Shown: piece by piece, positions 38,867 to 50,499 of the stretch
Layout: every line of letters begins with the position of its first letter
How positions within the stretch are numbered: the stretch's first letter is position 1
NCBI GenBank assembly: GCA_036172245.1
Contig: JAYWIR010000003.1
Coordinates: 1,488,001 to 1,552,000, forward strand
Direction of reading: 5' to 3'
Source: Raillietiella orientalis
Lineage: Eukaryota
DNA length: 64,000 bases
The notes under the pieces: generated by a model
What the model was told of the DNA's origin: nothing
Seen by the model: the letters and a program-made list of their open reading frames with translations, nothing else
The model's database searches: none
Program-made: the position numbers and the translations under genes

Positions 38867-39131
38867 CAGATGCTCAATTATCTTGTTGAAAAGTTGCCAT
38901 TAATTAAATACATATTTTTATTCTTCAATATGTTTGATTGCACAGCAGTTATTGATGAAACAGTTGTTTGTAGTTTGTATGTCTTTCATAATGAGTTCAG
39001 ATTTATTTCAGACTTTGTAGAGTAAGCTTTGTGGGTATCTTATTTTAAAAAAGGATTCTTGATTTATACTTTCTCATAGCAAGATTTTGGTATTTAAAAA
39101 TTTACTCAGAATGCATAATGGGATGTTTTAG

Positions 39132-40358
39132 TGGCAGGCACTTGTAAAACCGATGAAGAATGCAATAAACCCAATGTTAGGCAGAAATATCCATATGAGT
39201 GTCGAAATTTTACGTGCCAGTGTCCTGGTGGAACATTTGAATGGAGGGGAAGTACTTGTGTTACAGGTAAGAAGCAGATTAAAAATAACTTATCTTTTTG
39301 TTTTTAGAACCTATTTATAGCGTATGTGATCAAGATGAAGATTGCATCCCTTTTCCTTTAAAGTGTATTCAGAAAAAATGCAAATGTGAAAAAGAAGAAT
39401 TAATATGGAATGGCTTGGATTGTATTATCAAGCCTGCTCTGAGTCATGCTGCTTCAGAAACATCACAGACTAATTCAGATTATTTTTATTTCTTTCTTCT
39501 TCTTATATTGGTTGTTGCAGTTTATTTGTATTGCAACCGACAGAAGATAGCAGACTGCTGCAGTAAGTTCAAAGGTCAGCCTGAAAATCCTTCACCGGAA
39601 GCATACTACAGAAATGTCCCTACTGATCCTGGTTTGTATATAGTTTGATGGTGTGTATTGTCTCATGATATTATGCAATAGGACCAGAACCTGTTGCTTC
39701 ATACACTCCAGGTGGAATACCTACAGATCCTTTCCCACCAAAGCAACCAGGATCAGTGTATCCTACACATCCAGATCCTAATGTTCCAACATATCCTGTG
39801 CAACCTGGAATGAACATTCCTTCTTATCCTCATCTACCCCCAGGAGTTCCTGATTACCCCATTCCACCTAATGCAGGAGTTCCCAGTTATCCCACCCCAC
39901 CAAGTGCAGGAGGTCCCATTTATCCCACCCCACCAAGTGCAGGAGGTCCCATTTATCCCACCCCACCGAGTGCAGGAGGTCCCAGTTACCCCACCCCACC
40001 GAGTGCAGGAGGTCCCAGTTACCCCACCCCACCGAGTGCAGGAGGTCCTAGTTACCCCACCCCACCGAGTGCAGGAGGTCCTAGTTACCCCACCCCACCA
40101 AGTGCAGGAGGTCCCAGCTACCCCAATCTCCCCAACACAAGTGTTCCTGGTTATCCCATGCCACCCAATGCTCCCAGTTATCCTGCCCCATCCTCTGTGG
40201 ATCCTCCATCACATTCTATTCCTGAGCCTGGTCATGTGTATCCTAGCCTTCCTGCCGAATCAGATTCTTCATCCAAGTCAGATCTCCCTGATGAACCCAA
40301 TGTGCAGGTGACTCCTCGAGGACATAGGAGAATTATTCGTAAAGTTGTCGAGGATTAA
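39132..40358 (+). CDS. Single-pass membrane protein with two 6-Cys EB-like modules, a TM helix and a Pro/Tyr-rich repeat tail; N-terminal exon(s) probably start near 38870
   Basis: Exons 39132-39266 ([34 protein letters not shown]), 39308-39631 ([62 protein letters not shown]) and 39682-40358 ([11 protein letters not shown] repeats, stop at 40358). Both internal introns are phase 1, GT..AG, 41 and 50 nt. Confidence 0.8.
39885..40115 (+). repeat. Coding tandem repeat, 7 x 33 bp ([12 protein letters not shown])
   Basis: Consensus agttaccccaccccaccgagtgcaggaggtccc, seven near-identical units with degenerate flanking units. Confidence 0.95.
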
Positions 40359-41728
40359 CATTCTGTCTTTATGTGTGCCAAGTGCGTTTAGAGTATGATT
40401 CAAAAGACATGTGTCCCTTTTGAAGAGATTTCAAAGTGATTTGAAATACTACTTATGTTGTGGTTTTCCATGAATTTTCATGTCTAGGAAATTGGTGTTA
40501 ATTTAAAACATTTTTTTGAAAACACATTGACTCAATGCTTTGCTTAATCATTTTACTTGTGCCGACTTTTTCTTTAGTAAGTTTTAATAAATGTGACAAA
40601 CTGTACGTTGAGTAATGTTTTATTGATCTGCCCCAAATCCCCAAAGTTCGAGAATTTCGAAATTTTTCTCTTTTCCGGAAGTGCAGATTTTACGATTTCA
40701 TGGTTTTGTCTCTTGGAATTTGTGTATTTCCTGAAAAGAAAGTGCAGTGGTGTGAGCCTTCTCCGGTTTTCACCAGCGCGCGCGCCGAAAGGATTTTGAT
40801 TTTCTGCCCTTGCAAAATCACAGCTGTTATTGATCAATAAACCTAATCTTGCGTTCATGACATGCAAAATACCCACGAAACCCAATACACGGATTGGTTC
40901 GTCTTCCATAGTTCGTTCCGTTGAGATCTTAGGATTTACTTGAACAACCTTAAGTAATTTTGTGGTTCATTGAAACGGTAAATGAAGTTTGGTGGGGCCT
41001 TCTGGAATGAAGATGGACTCATTTTTGAAAGATATATAAGATGATGACATCGATTGCAAATTGTTCGATTTTTTCTTTTGTACCAAAAAAAAAAGGCTTC
41101 AGATTTTATCAGAGGGCTGGAAGTAGCGTTAGGAAGTCGCTGTCCCCAGTTGATGACGGCGGTTGTCACGTAAGGTTTTTGCTCAAGATATTTGTCAAGA
41201 GGACGCCAAGTAGTATTGTGCACTATATTTGCTGACATCATCCGGTTTTGCAAAGATAAACATGGATGAAAACCTTTGGTTGAAGCAGAGTGCAATTGTG
41301 AATACGAAGCCTGCAGATCGAAAGGTTTGCATCTGCACCTTCAAAGAATTGATGTGGTTGTTGCACCCATGATCTTGGGTCAGACCCCCCCATACATGAA
41401 CCGCGAACAGCATTCAAGCAGGAATTTGCAATCTTATTAGGTATCCAATGATGTCACCAAAAAAAGGAAAAGAAAAAAGCAATCAGAAGTATGAGGAAAC
41501 AAAACGAAACAGTTGCGTCCTGTTTAAGTGTCAGTGGAACCATGTCTTGTACGGAACCAAAGTGAGGCACGAAGTTAAAAGAGTCAGAACTGCGTAGAGC
41601 TAATTCTTTTAAATTCCATCTGCCCGAGTTCATCAGTATTCCAGATGGAAAAATTTTAAAACCAAGGAAACTAAACTCCAATATGTAATGCTAGCCGAAG
41701 AGACGTAGCTCAATCTTCTCCCCAAAAC

Positions 41729-41959
41729 TTCCTTGGCTCTGTTAATACACGTATTAAATCTGCATGACCCAGTTCATCTAAAACAGCAGTTATTGGAATC
41801 CGCCCTGCAAATTCGGGTACTAAACCAAATTTGATTAAATCCCCAGGCTGAACATCATGTAAATTTCCTTTGCTCTTCAGACTGGTTTATATCTGCTCCA
41901 AAGCCAACAGATGTTCCCTTTTTTCTTGCTTCAATAATTTTATCAAGGTCTTTAAAAGC
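41729..41959 (-). pseudogene. clpX: Bacterial clpX internal fragment (Wolbachia-like), frameshifted
   Basis: AFKDLDKIIEARKKGTSVGFGADINQSEEQRK[fs]LHDVQPGDLIKFGLVPEFAGRIPITAVLDELGHADLIRVLTEPR matches the ClpX sensor-1/box VII region (GAF..L..II; GFGA; PEDLxKFGLIPEFxGRxP; ILTEP). Intronless. Confidence 0.9.
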
Positions 41960-42289
41960 TGCTCCAAAAGAAAAACCAGCGATCCAAATCGGAATGTCTC
42001 TGGGATTATGTTCTTGAAGCCAGTCAACAGCCACCTCAGCGTCAGTTAAATCTCCTACACCCTTATCATAAGTCCCAGTGGATTTTCCAAAACACGAAAG
42101 TCAATTTTCAATGCAGAAAAGTTGTTATTGACAAAAGATGTATATATACTATGCACAATCTTACCATCCATGTTACCACCATACTAAGAGTGATGATGCA
42201 AGACTAGCATAACCGGCGCGTTGGTATCCCTGCTTTGGTGGTATTCGCCTTGTGTTTTTCGTTGCCTTGTTCCAAAAAAATTCTACCAT
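41960..42289 (-). pseudogene. Bacterial alpha/beta-fold hydrolase 5' half (Wolbachia/Rickettsiales-like), 2 frameshifts and 1 stop
   Basis: MVEFFWNKAT[fs]QGEYHQSRDTNAPVMLVLHHHS*YGGNMDGKIVHSIYTSFVNNNFSALKIDFR[fs]FGKSTGTYDKGVGDLTDAEVAVDWLQEHNPRDIPIWIAGFSFGA. Shows the HxHPxxGGxM, (N/D)FRGxGxSxG and GxSxG nucleophile motifs. Shine-Dalgarno-like AGGGAG at 42299-42294 before ATG 42289. Confidence 0.9.
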
Positions 42290-44349
42290 AGTGCTCCCTA
42301 ACAAAAACCTGCCTGAAATAATGCGGACTACATATAAGATTATTTATAAATCATATAGTAATTTCACTGTTATTACAATAAATTTTTCGTCACATCAAAA
42401 TTCATAGTCAATGGTAAAGAATTTTCTTAATCGAATGACAGATGAACATCTAAGCTCATTTTCTTCAGAATATAGAAATTACACATATGCCGATTATAAT
42501 GCAAGCTGCCCCAGTCAGTAAGAATGTGGAAAAGCGTATAATTGAGGTTTTATCAAAGCAAATTCTAAACCCTTCAAAAAGGGCAGGAAGCAAGGAAGAG
42601 TCTTGCTTCTTGTCCTCTTCCCAGCTTTCATTCTTTCTTTTCCCAGTTTCTATCCTTGTCAATTGGATTTTGTGGTTCAAATTCACGCCATATATCGGCT
42701 CACGGTCGATGGCTCTCTATCCCTACATCTGAAGGATTCGGTTCCCAAGTGGCACACGAAAAGTACAGCTACCCGCACTGTGAACCTACTTGTTTTGTAG
42801 TCCGTTGTCGAAACATCAGTAACCTCATCGATTTTCCGATGGAACGAACAGGCAGTTTTCCCCTTAAGGCCTTAAGACGTGAATCGCACGCGAGTCCACT
42901 TTTCGTCGAGGTACGTGGTCCAGTTGACAGGTTTACAAAATCAAGATTGCTGGGATGTCCAAGGGATTCGAAGGCGACTCATCAAAGGCCAGCGAAAAGT
43001 CCGGAGGTTTCCATCAATGGAAAATACCTTGAAATCCTAATTGAAAATATTTTTCTCTTCCTCAGGATGTTATGGGGAACAAATTAACGCGGCGTTTGTC
43101 AAGGATCCATGTTGGTGCAGAGTAGTAGGTGGATTGTCATCACATAGATTGGAGCCAGAGAGAAGAGCACTCAAGCGAGAGCCAGAGATCGGAAAGCTCA
43201 CCACTCATTACACTATAGTATTTGCTTCTTCTTTGTTTCCAGGATGTCAATCTGTTTGATTACTAGCCCATGTTTGCTTTTTGTTCCCATGTTGCCGTCA
43301 GAGTACTCTCGGAAATCTACTGGTCAATCTGACACTTTCAATTATTAAAGTGCTTATAATAAGTGCACGAAAGTAAGCAGAACCTCTTGTACTTATTTCC
43401 AGCATGCAGGAGATCCTGTTTAAAACTTAACTTGAATTCGCTTCGAATAGGGTTTCTTCTTTTCTTTTGCCACCATCATCATCCTGAGTCAGCTGAGTTG
43501 GTTAGCAATCATTGTCACACCATGGAATGTTGTTTTCCATCTATCCGTATGGAACCTTAGCACAAAAGTAGGGCCGCACTCATTTCAATTATCAGGGCAT
43601 AGGTGGTAACATGCGATCACTTCGAAGTCTTAAATAGACTCATTTCTATTCATCGCGTCAAAAGCAAAAACTTGCTACTCTTTTTCTTAAATCTAGACTG
43701 ACTGCTCCTTCCATGTCATTATGTTTTTCGAATATGTGAAGCTTTCATGCTTGAAGCTGTGAAGCTTTTTAAAGACAACCACGTGTGTGTTTTCGAAGTG
43801 ATTCGCAATTCTGCAGTTAATTTCTACATTGTCCACATCATTTAACCCGGTTGTTGGCGGTTTCACTTGCCTCTTGAAGATATACGTTAGAAGTCTCCTT
43901 ATTTATTACAGTGGTTGATCTCCAGCACATTCATCTTTCACCTTACAATTTTTTTTTCCTCTTTCGAATATGGAAAAAGAGAAGACCAGTTCCAAATCCA
44001 AGGGTGAGCTGGGAAATGCCATCTCTGGACACCACTGCGACCACTTCATGAAGCCCCCTGCCTCTCCTTTTTGTATCACAATCCTCACGAGAGGCTAGAC
44101 GCTGGACGGATGGTCTGAAGCGGAAAGCACTTTGTGGGAACTCAAGGCTGAGGATGCATGTGAAACATCTCGTTGCCATACAAAGGGATGCTGTCTTCGG
44201 CATCCTAACGCCGAAAAAGATGGAGATGGACCCTGGGCGTAAGCTATTTCAAGTCAAGCCAGGTTCTGGTTCAGGATGGGGGCTCTATGCTTCGTCAGGC
44301 TGCTCCGCACTGACCACCCGTTTTTCCCCATTCCGACTCGCGGTGGGGT

Positions 44350-47050
44350 GAATTTATTCAACAACTTTAGGTCACAGCATTCGTAACATTGAGCAGTACC
44401 ACAGTCTGATACTCACTTTCACTTTCATAAGTGTTTTTCGATGCCACTGATTGTCGCTTGCTTATGACATACAAAGGTATTCTCCGGGAATGCAGTCACT
44501 GGGTTCTTGTGGGGATTCCACTCGACTGTTCCTCAATCCTTTGGAGGATGTAGCGGTAAGTACAAGAGGGAATACATCAACAGCTTCCAATTCCTACTTA
44601 TTTTTCAAATAGTCCCAGAATCAGAATGTCCACTGCCGGCGTATTAATCATTCGGTTCCGCATTTTTGCCTTTCTTATCACGATGCTGCTGATGGAGAGA
44701 GAGATGGTAGTGCGGACCAATGGGCTGTATCGGGAACGCTGCCGTTCCCTTCAAACATCCCAGCCAGGATCTTCATCTTGTTCATTCTCTGCAGACCTGT
44801 CACCTCCTTCATCTTGGCCCAGTAGCGCTGCAGGAGCGGACAGGTGAGTATGTGGAGTTGGTTTTCCCAGACTCCATAGGCCTTGCAGATCTCGTCCTGA
44901 GCTTTCCCCGACCAGGGCTTTGTCCTCGTGCCGCTCAGGATGCCTCCGTGATAAAACATCAGGGGGTCATCCTGAGGGTCGGGTGGTAAGTCTCTCGTCC
45001 AGACCGTGGTTCTAGCCACCAGCGAGTTCACCTGGAGGCATCCGTAGCGGCCGGCGGCAGTAGACACAACTTCCTCCTCCTCCGGATTCTCCATCAGCGT
45101 CTCAGATGGTTTGCTCTGGTGATCAGGCTCCAGCAGCTGGGTTCCTGATGTTTCCAGATCTCTCGATACTTGTGGGTAAATCTTCCCACCATTTTTCCAG
45201 TGAGGCGAAACAGTCGCATCTTCTGGCGGCCGCCGCTTGTTGCAAACTGCTCGTGGTCCCTGATAGATCATCCTTGACCTCTGGAAAATCCACTCCTTGG
45301 TTTCCCTAGGGATGCACATGAAGTATGAGATGACCATGCATGGCCATTTCGTCTTCCAAATTTCTTTACTCCTTGGCACTAGTTTGAGTTGTTGGGTGTT
45401 CACGAGTTCCTGCCTTCTTTTCCAAGTTGGATCGATGCCTCCCCGTTTTCCGTGTTTGCCTATCAAGGCAGACAACAGGCCTCTCGAGTTGGTTTGCAGC
45501 TGCGAGAAAGATCTGTGTCGCATAAGGCCACTTGCCCCATTTGGTGGCAAGATGCAGGATTTGTCGCGCGTGCAGAAGATCCACGGATCGCTCCAGCGAC
45601 TTCATCCCGATCCCGCCTTTCTCTCGTGGTCGGCACAAGAGTTTTGGTCTGACCCGCGGCTTGAACTGTTTTCACAATATCTTCCGCTGCAGTTCTACGT
45701 CCTTGCTTGTCCGCTCGTCCAATCGGCAGAAGGCTGCTCCAAGGAGCATCTTGGGGAGGAGGACTCCATTCCAAAGGTTTGCCCTCTGCTTTTGGTAGAA
45801 GTCGAGCCGGACGTATTTCGCAGCACCTTCTCTCGTTTTCCCCGGGATTTATTTCCACACCTGATGCGGAGCCCAGTCGTCGCCGATGTGGATTCCCAGG
45901 TACTTCATCTCGCCCACCGCTCGGAATCCTTGCTCCGTTAACGCGGAGAGGTCCAGGATTCCTATGGGCAATAGCTGGGATTTCTGGGCGTTGATCTTCA
46001 ATCCCAGGCCAGTTTCCATGGATTGGACGACACTGAGGAACGCATGCTGATCCCTCTCTCCCTTCAGAAAGAATAGAAGATCGCCCGCATACGCTAGGTG
46101 CGTCAGTCTGCTGTCAAAGCGTATTCCTTCAAGACGCCCGCTACTGTGGAACAGCGACGACACCGCCTCCATATACACCACGAACAGCATTGGACTGAGG
46201 GCGTCTCCTTGGCGTATTCCCCTTTCCATCCGGATGACTTCCGTGTCATGCCTATTGATAATTCTTCTGCAGTACTGTCCTTCGAGATTCTTCTCCATAT
46301 AGTCTCTGAAGTGCTTCGGGAAGCCCACTTTCCTCAAGATCTTCAGCAGCATCCTATGGTTCACGGTGTCCGTGAAACCATAGGATATCCGTGAAATTTA
46401 GCACCAGATGTCACCGATGTAGCGACTGTAGTCTATGATGGTCACCACCTAGCCTATGGTGACCCTGACCACCCGTGCGCATCGCGAAGCTCAAGAATTG
46501 GCTAGAAACTTGGTAGTTGCATTTATAATCGTCCGCCATGTATGCATGTCGCGGAGGTCTCCATCGGGAAGGAGGCGCGCAGGGCAGACACTCCGTTTGC
46601 TTTCCTGCTCACGTGTGCATCAGAGGTGCTTTGCCTCCTAGCACTGGCAAAATTATACTGTTAAGCCGACCCTTCCCGGAGTTTTCTGGTTTCTCACATT
46701 CCTTCTTCGAAACGCAGAACCGCGCATCCAGACTATTGCTAAATCGATGGAGAACTAGCTGTTTTTGGTAACTGGTACCATTGCTCATTTGGAACGGGAA
46801 CCGGTACCAGTACACGAGAGTAAGCGTACCGTTAAAAGTAGGAGTGTCACCTGTGTCGTTCTCGGAAATCCTTCGGGCTTGAAACCCAAGGACGTCCCCC
46901 CTGACAGTTTGCAGATCCTCTGGAGAACCAGGGGGGATCCAGGACGGAGGACTACAGAGCCTGATTGTGAGCTGGTGCACTTACTGGCGCGCCCCATTGC
47001 TCACCCTCTCCAAGGCAAACGCAGTCGACCCCGAGCGCGGGTACCGGCTT
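44350..47050 (-). mobile_element. Degenerate L1/Tx1-like non-LTR retrotransposon (ORF1 relic, RT, post-RT region; internally deleted)
   Basis: RT at 45849-46380: RGIRQGDALSPMLF, LAYAGD (YADD decayed), GLKINAQKSQ, MKYLGI. PREKGGIG at ~45620. ORF1-like TIRLCSPPSWIP..FNGTLTL at 46609-46980. Boundaries approximate. Confidence 0.85.
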
Positions 47051-47749
47051 CGGCAGATGGTTGCCAGCGAGGCAGGATCGAGCACAAATCTCCTGTTCGC
47101 TCACGGGCTGCAGTGCCTAAAAACAATGCGGATCGTGGGCGAAAGTCAAAGAGCACACGGGCCCGGAGGAATGCGAAGTCGGCGATTCTCCAATTACGCT
47201 GGCTGCTCCTTGAAGGAGATGATGCCATGCTAAGGGAAGTGCTGGGCAGAAGGAACTTTACTAGCAGCAGCGCTATCAGCCATGAGGAGAAAGATCGACG
47301 TTGACGAGCAAGAAAGTTGACGAACATCCGGCGAGATCACGAAGATAAGAAAGAAATCGCTCTGCTGGACGCCACACTGGCCGGCTGACACTTCTGTTTC
47401 CACTGTCCACCCCAAAGGACTTCGTCGAGAGCATCTCCCAATCCTTTTGAAGGAAGTGAAAATGCCCTCGGCTTTCGTAGACAGTTCCCTCCTTTCCCCA
47501 AAGTGGCAGGAATTCCCTTTCCGACTGCTGCATTCGGGTATCTCATGCTCCAACACTGGTCCAGGAGAAGTGTGGCCCCAGAGTTTGCCAAGTGTGGTGC
47601 AAGAGAAACCTTTCTACGCTCACTTTTCGAGAATGTTGCCCTGCAGAGTGTCTGGGAAAGTTTGACTGCGTTCCCAGAGGCGACGAGAGTACAGCAGTGC
47701 AACGGAGCAGTTCACCGTAGCGATGGATTTTCATCTAAGTTCACAAAGG

Positions 47750-49330
47750 CGTTTATTTACTGAAAAAAAAAAAAAACAATACGAGGATAGTAGGACCGCT
47801 GGCCCTACCGCATCCAGACTGGTTCAAACTTGCCGAGAATCCGATGCGCAGACCGAGGAGGATGAAGGATGGCCTCGATAGCAGAGGGAATGGAGGGAAA
47901 CAAAAAAAAATAAAAACAAAAATATCGATTAAATAACTGGTGAGAGCACAGGAAGGGATCAAAACCTGCTGAAAGACGCCGTCCTCTATATCCTCCCGAG
48001 GATGCCGGCAAGTTCCTTATGTATATTCTTCAGGTGGGACCATTTCGTTGCCCTCCACAAAAAGCTTAGGGGAAAGTGGATGGCGTCCCTATCGCCTCCT
48101 CCTCCTCTGGAGCTGCTGTAGACCGCCACAGTCTCGCGTAGAAAGCGAAAAGCTGCTGAAGATGAGGCTGCTGGCGGTGAGTCGCGCGCGAGGAGGGGTT
48201 CCCGTGAGTCCCTGGGGTGGCCACATGGAGTCCGGAGGATCGTTCCTGCATAACGTTCCCACGAAGGGTGCAGGGCAACGCAGTCCACGAGCAGGTGCGG
48301 GATGGATTCGCGTTCTTCGCAAGCGCTGCGGTTTGAGTCCACAACCCCTTGGTTTCAGTTACAGCTGTGGGAGCTGTATGGAAGCAGTGCAGCAGAGGAA
48401 GCGCTGACCCCTGCCATTTGAGGAGGATGGTGCAGCTGTTAGGAGCACTGAGGGTCCTTCGAGATTTTCACGATGAATTCTCGAAAGCTCGCTTCGGTGC
48501 CAAATTCCTTTTTTTTGGTAGGAGATTTGACGTCGCTGGTACGTCGATGTCAGCTGGCCCGTGGTCCAACCATCTGGCGTCCTGCACTTGCAAATAGTTT
48601 CACTCATTTTGCCGGTAGGTTGCTGTCAGTATGCTCAAGGGGGGCAGCTCCGCGGCAAAATAAGCTCTTTCTGCCCACGCACACTTGGTGGGATGCACGA
48701 GTATCTCCTGAGGGCAGCTTCTGTAAGATGAGTACGACAACCGCTGCCGTAACTCCAGACTCAACTCACTGATCTTCACCCGCGTGAGAATGGTTATCTG
48801 AAACCAGACACTCCCGTTCGAGGGAGACAGGAGAGCCAGGTTCTTTGGTCAGCGGAGCTAATCGCTGGAGTTCATGACCGTAATGGAACACGTTGCAGCA
48901 ACGCTTCTCAAGGAGAGAAGAGCGTCCTTCGCAGCCGCTATCTCGTCTGACCAAGAGTCTGGCCAGTTCACACCAGTAGGTGCTCCCGTTCTTCGCCACT
49001 AGAGCCGAAGCTCTGCAGCAGTGGAGATGAGCTATCTGCAGTCATCCTTCCGTCTTCCACCGAGGTTTCCGCATTTGCTAAGGCAAATGTGCAAACCATG
49101 GCTGCAACGGTGTAAGACGGTCGTGGCGATGGAAGCGACTGTCTGAAGTCTGGAGCGATAAACGCAAAGCGTGAGAAGCCTGCAATCTTGGAAATTGAAG
49201 ATGCTGATGAGCTCAATGCCAAAGTGAATCCATAGAGCTAAGTGGTCACTTTTAAAACGGGACTCATTTGAATATCAGTAGTCAAGGACACTTAACTAGC
49301 ACTATGTCGAATGGGTGCCAACTGTAAACA
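47750..49330 (-). mobile_element. Degenerate L1/Tx1-like element: endonuclease C-terminus, ORF2 3' end and 3' UTR
   Basis: FKSDHLALWIHF (APE SDH motif, ~49225-49255); zinc-finger remnant CEERESIPHLLVDC (~48290-48325); T-rich 3' UTR ending in AATAAACG near 47755. Confidence 0.75.
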
Positions 49331-49349
49331 AATCCAGAACATGGTTCCT

Positions 49350-50490
49350 TCCACCGAAGGCTTAGCTATCCCAATGGATTACGAAAGGCTGGCGAATGCC
49401 CTGATAGGAAAGGGCATCGCTTTCAGTAGAAGGATTTTTATCAGGATAGAGGAGACGACGTGGTCAACTCGGTCATGAGTCCGTATTCACACAAGCCAGA
49501 GGACGCTGTTGTGCCACTTCATGCGGTATGACCAGGCAGAACTCATCCGCCTTCACAACCTCATGGACGAGATTTTTTTCTGTGGAGAGGAGATAGTGGA
49601 GATGAGATTGCACCAAGATGTGGTAGATGTGGTCATTCAGGGCTCTATGAACATTGAACTACACACAGGTGATCTTGCGCTACCGGCAACAACCTTGATT
49701 CTTCACGGACTGCGAACATTTCGGGAATCATGTAGAATTGTTTCAAAGTGCAAACAGAAGGGACACGTGCGATGTACGTTAGCCACAGAGACGTTTTTGC
49801 AAGATGACTAGGCACACGAAGCTCATTGCAGGGAGAGCGAGCAATAGCATGAGATTCTGTCACGCTGATGATTTCGAAAGTGAATGCAGCGAGAGTCAAC
49901 CCGAAAAAAGAGAACCCAAAACCGAAGGAATCTGTTGTCTCTAAAGCTCTAGACTCCAAGATATGGAACCAAAAGAGGTCAAGAAGCGAAAAATGCAGCC
50001 GGGAGAGAGGCAGGAGGGGGAACAAGGCAGTGAGACAGTCAGAAAAATTCGGACGTATGAGGAGCAGGCCAAAAGACAAGAGGCAATGTAAGAGAGAGAG
50101 AGAGAGAGAGAGCAATGCGACGGTGCAAAGAAAAAGCATCATCTTTCAGTTGGTTGAACTATTATGAAGTGTCGCGCAATGCTATGGACGAAACGATACA
50201 TTTTACAATGGAACAAAAATCTATCAGATCTATGAAGAGAAAAAAAAATTCTAGACCCGGGATATGGAGGTCCCGAAAGTGGGATAGAAACAGAGCATAC
50301 TCCAACAAGAAAAATTCCGGTCACTTCTAATTAACAAGGAGCGTTCTAAGAGGGACAACACCAAATAAGACAAGATGGCCAACTTCCTGTTGTCGACTGG
50401 GAGAGTTAAAATCCCTTTCTGGAACATCAAGGGGTATGGAAACCTGTAGAAGTAAAGGAGGATCACTGCTCCCTGTTAAACGCTCTCTGC
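49350..50490 (+). mobile_element. 5' portion of an L1/Tx1-like element (ORF1 relic and start of ORF2)
   Basis: Zinc-knuckle-like SKCKQKGHVRC (~49740-49775), basic low-complexity ORF1 tail, then ATG at 50375 MANFLLSTGRVKIPFWNIKGYGNL (APE N-terminal WNxxG motif) followed by stops. Confidence 0.6.
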
Positions 50491-50499
50491 GTGCTTTCC

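Noticed and set aside
39885..40115. 33-bp repeats as a possible CRISPR array
   Set aside because: Head-to-tail repeats without spacers, in frame within a eukaryotic exon.
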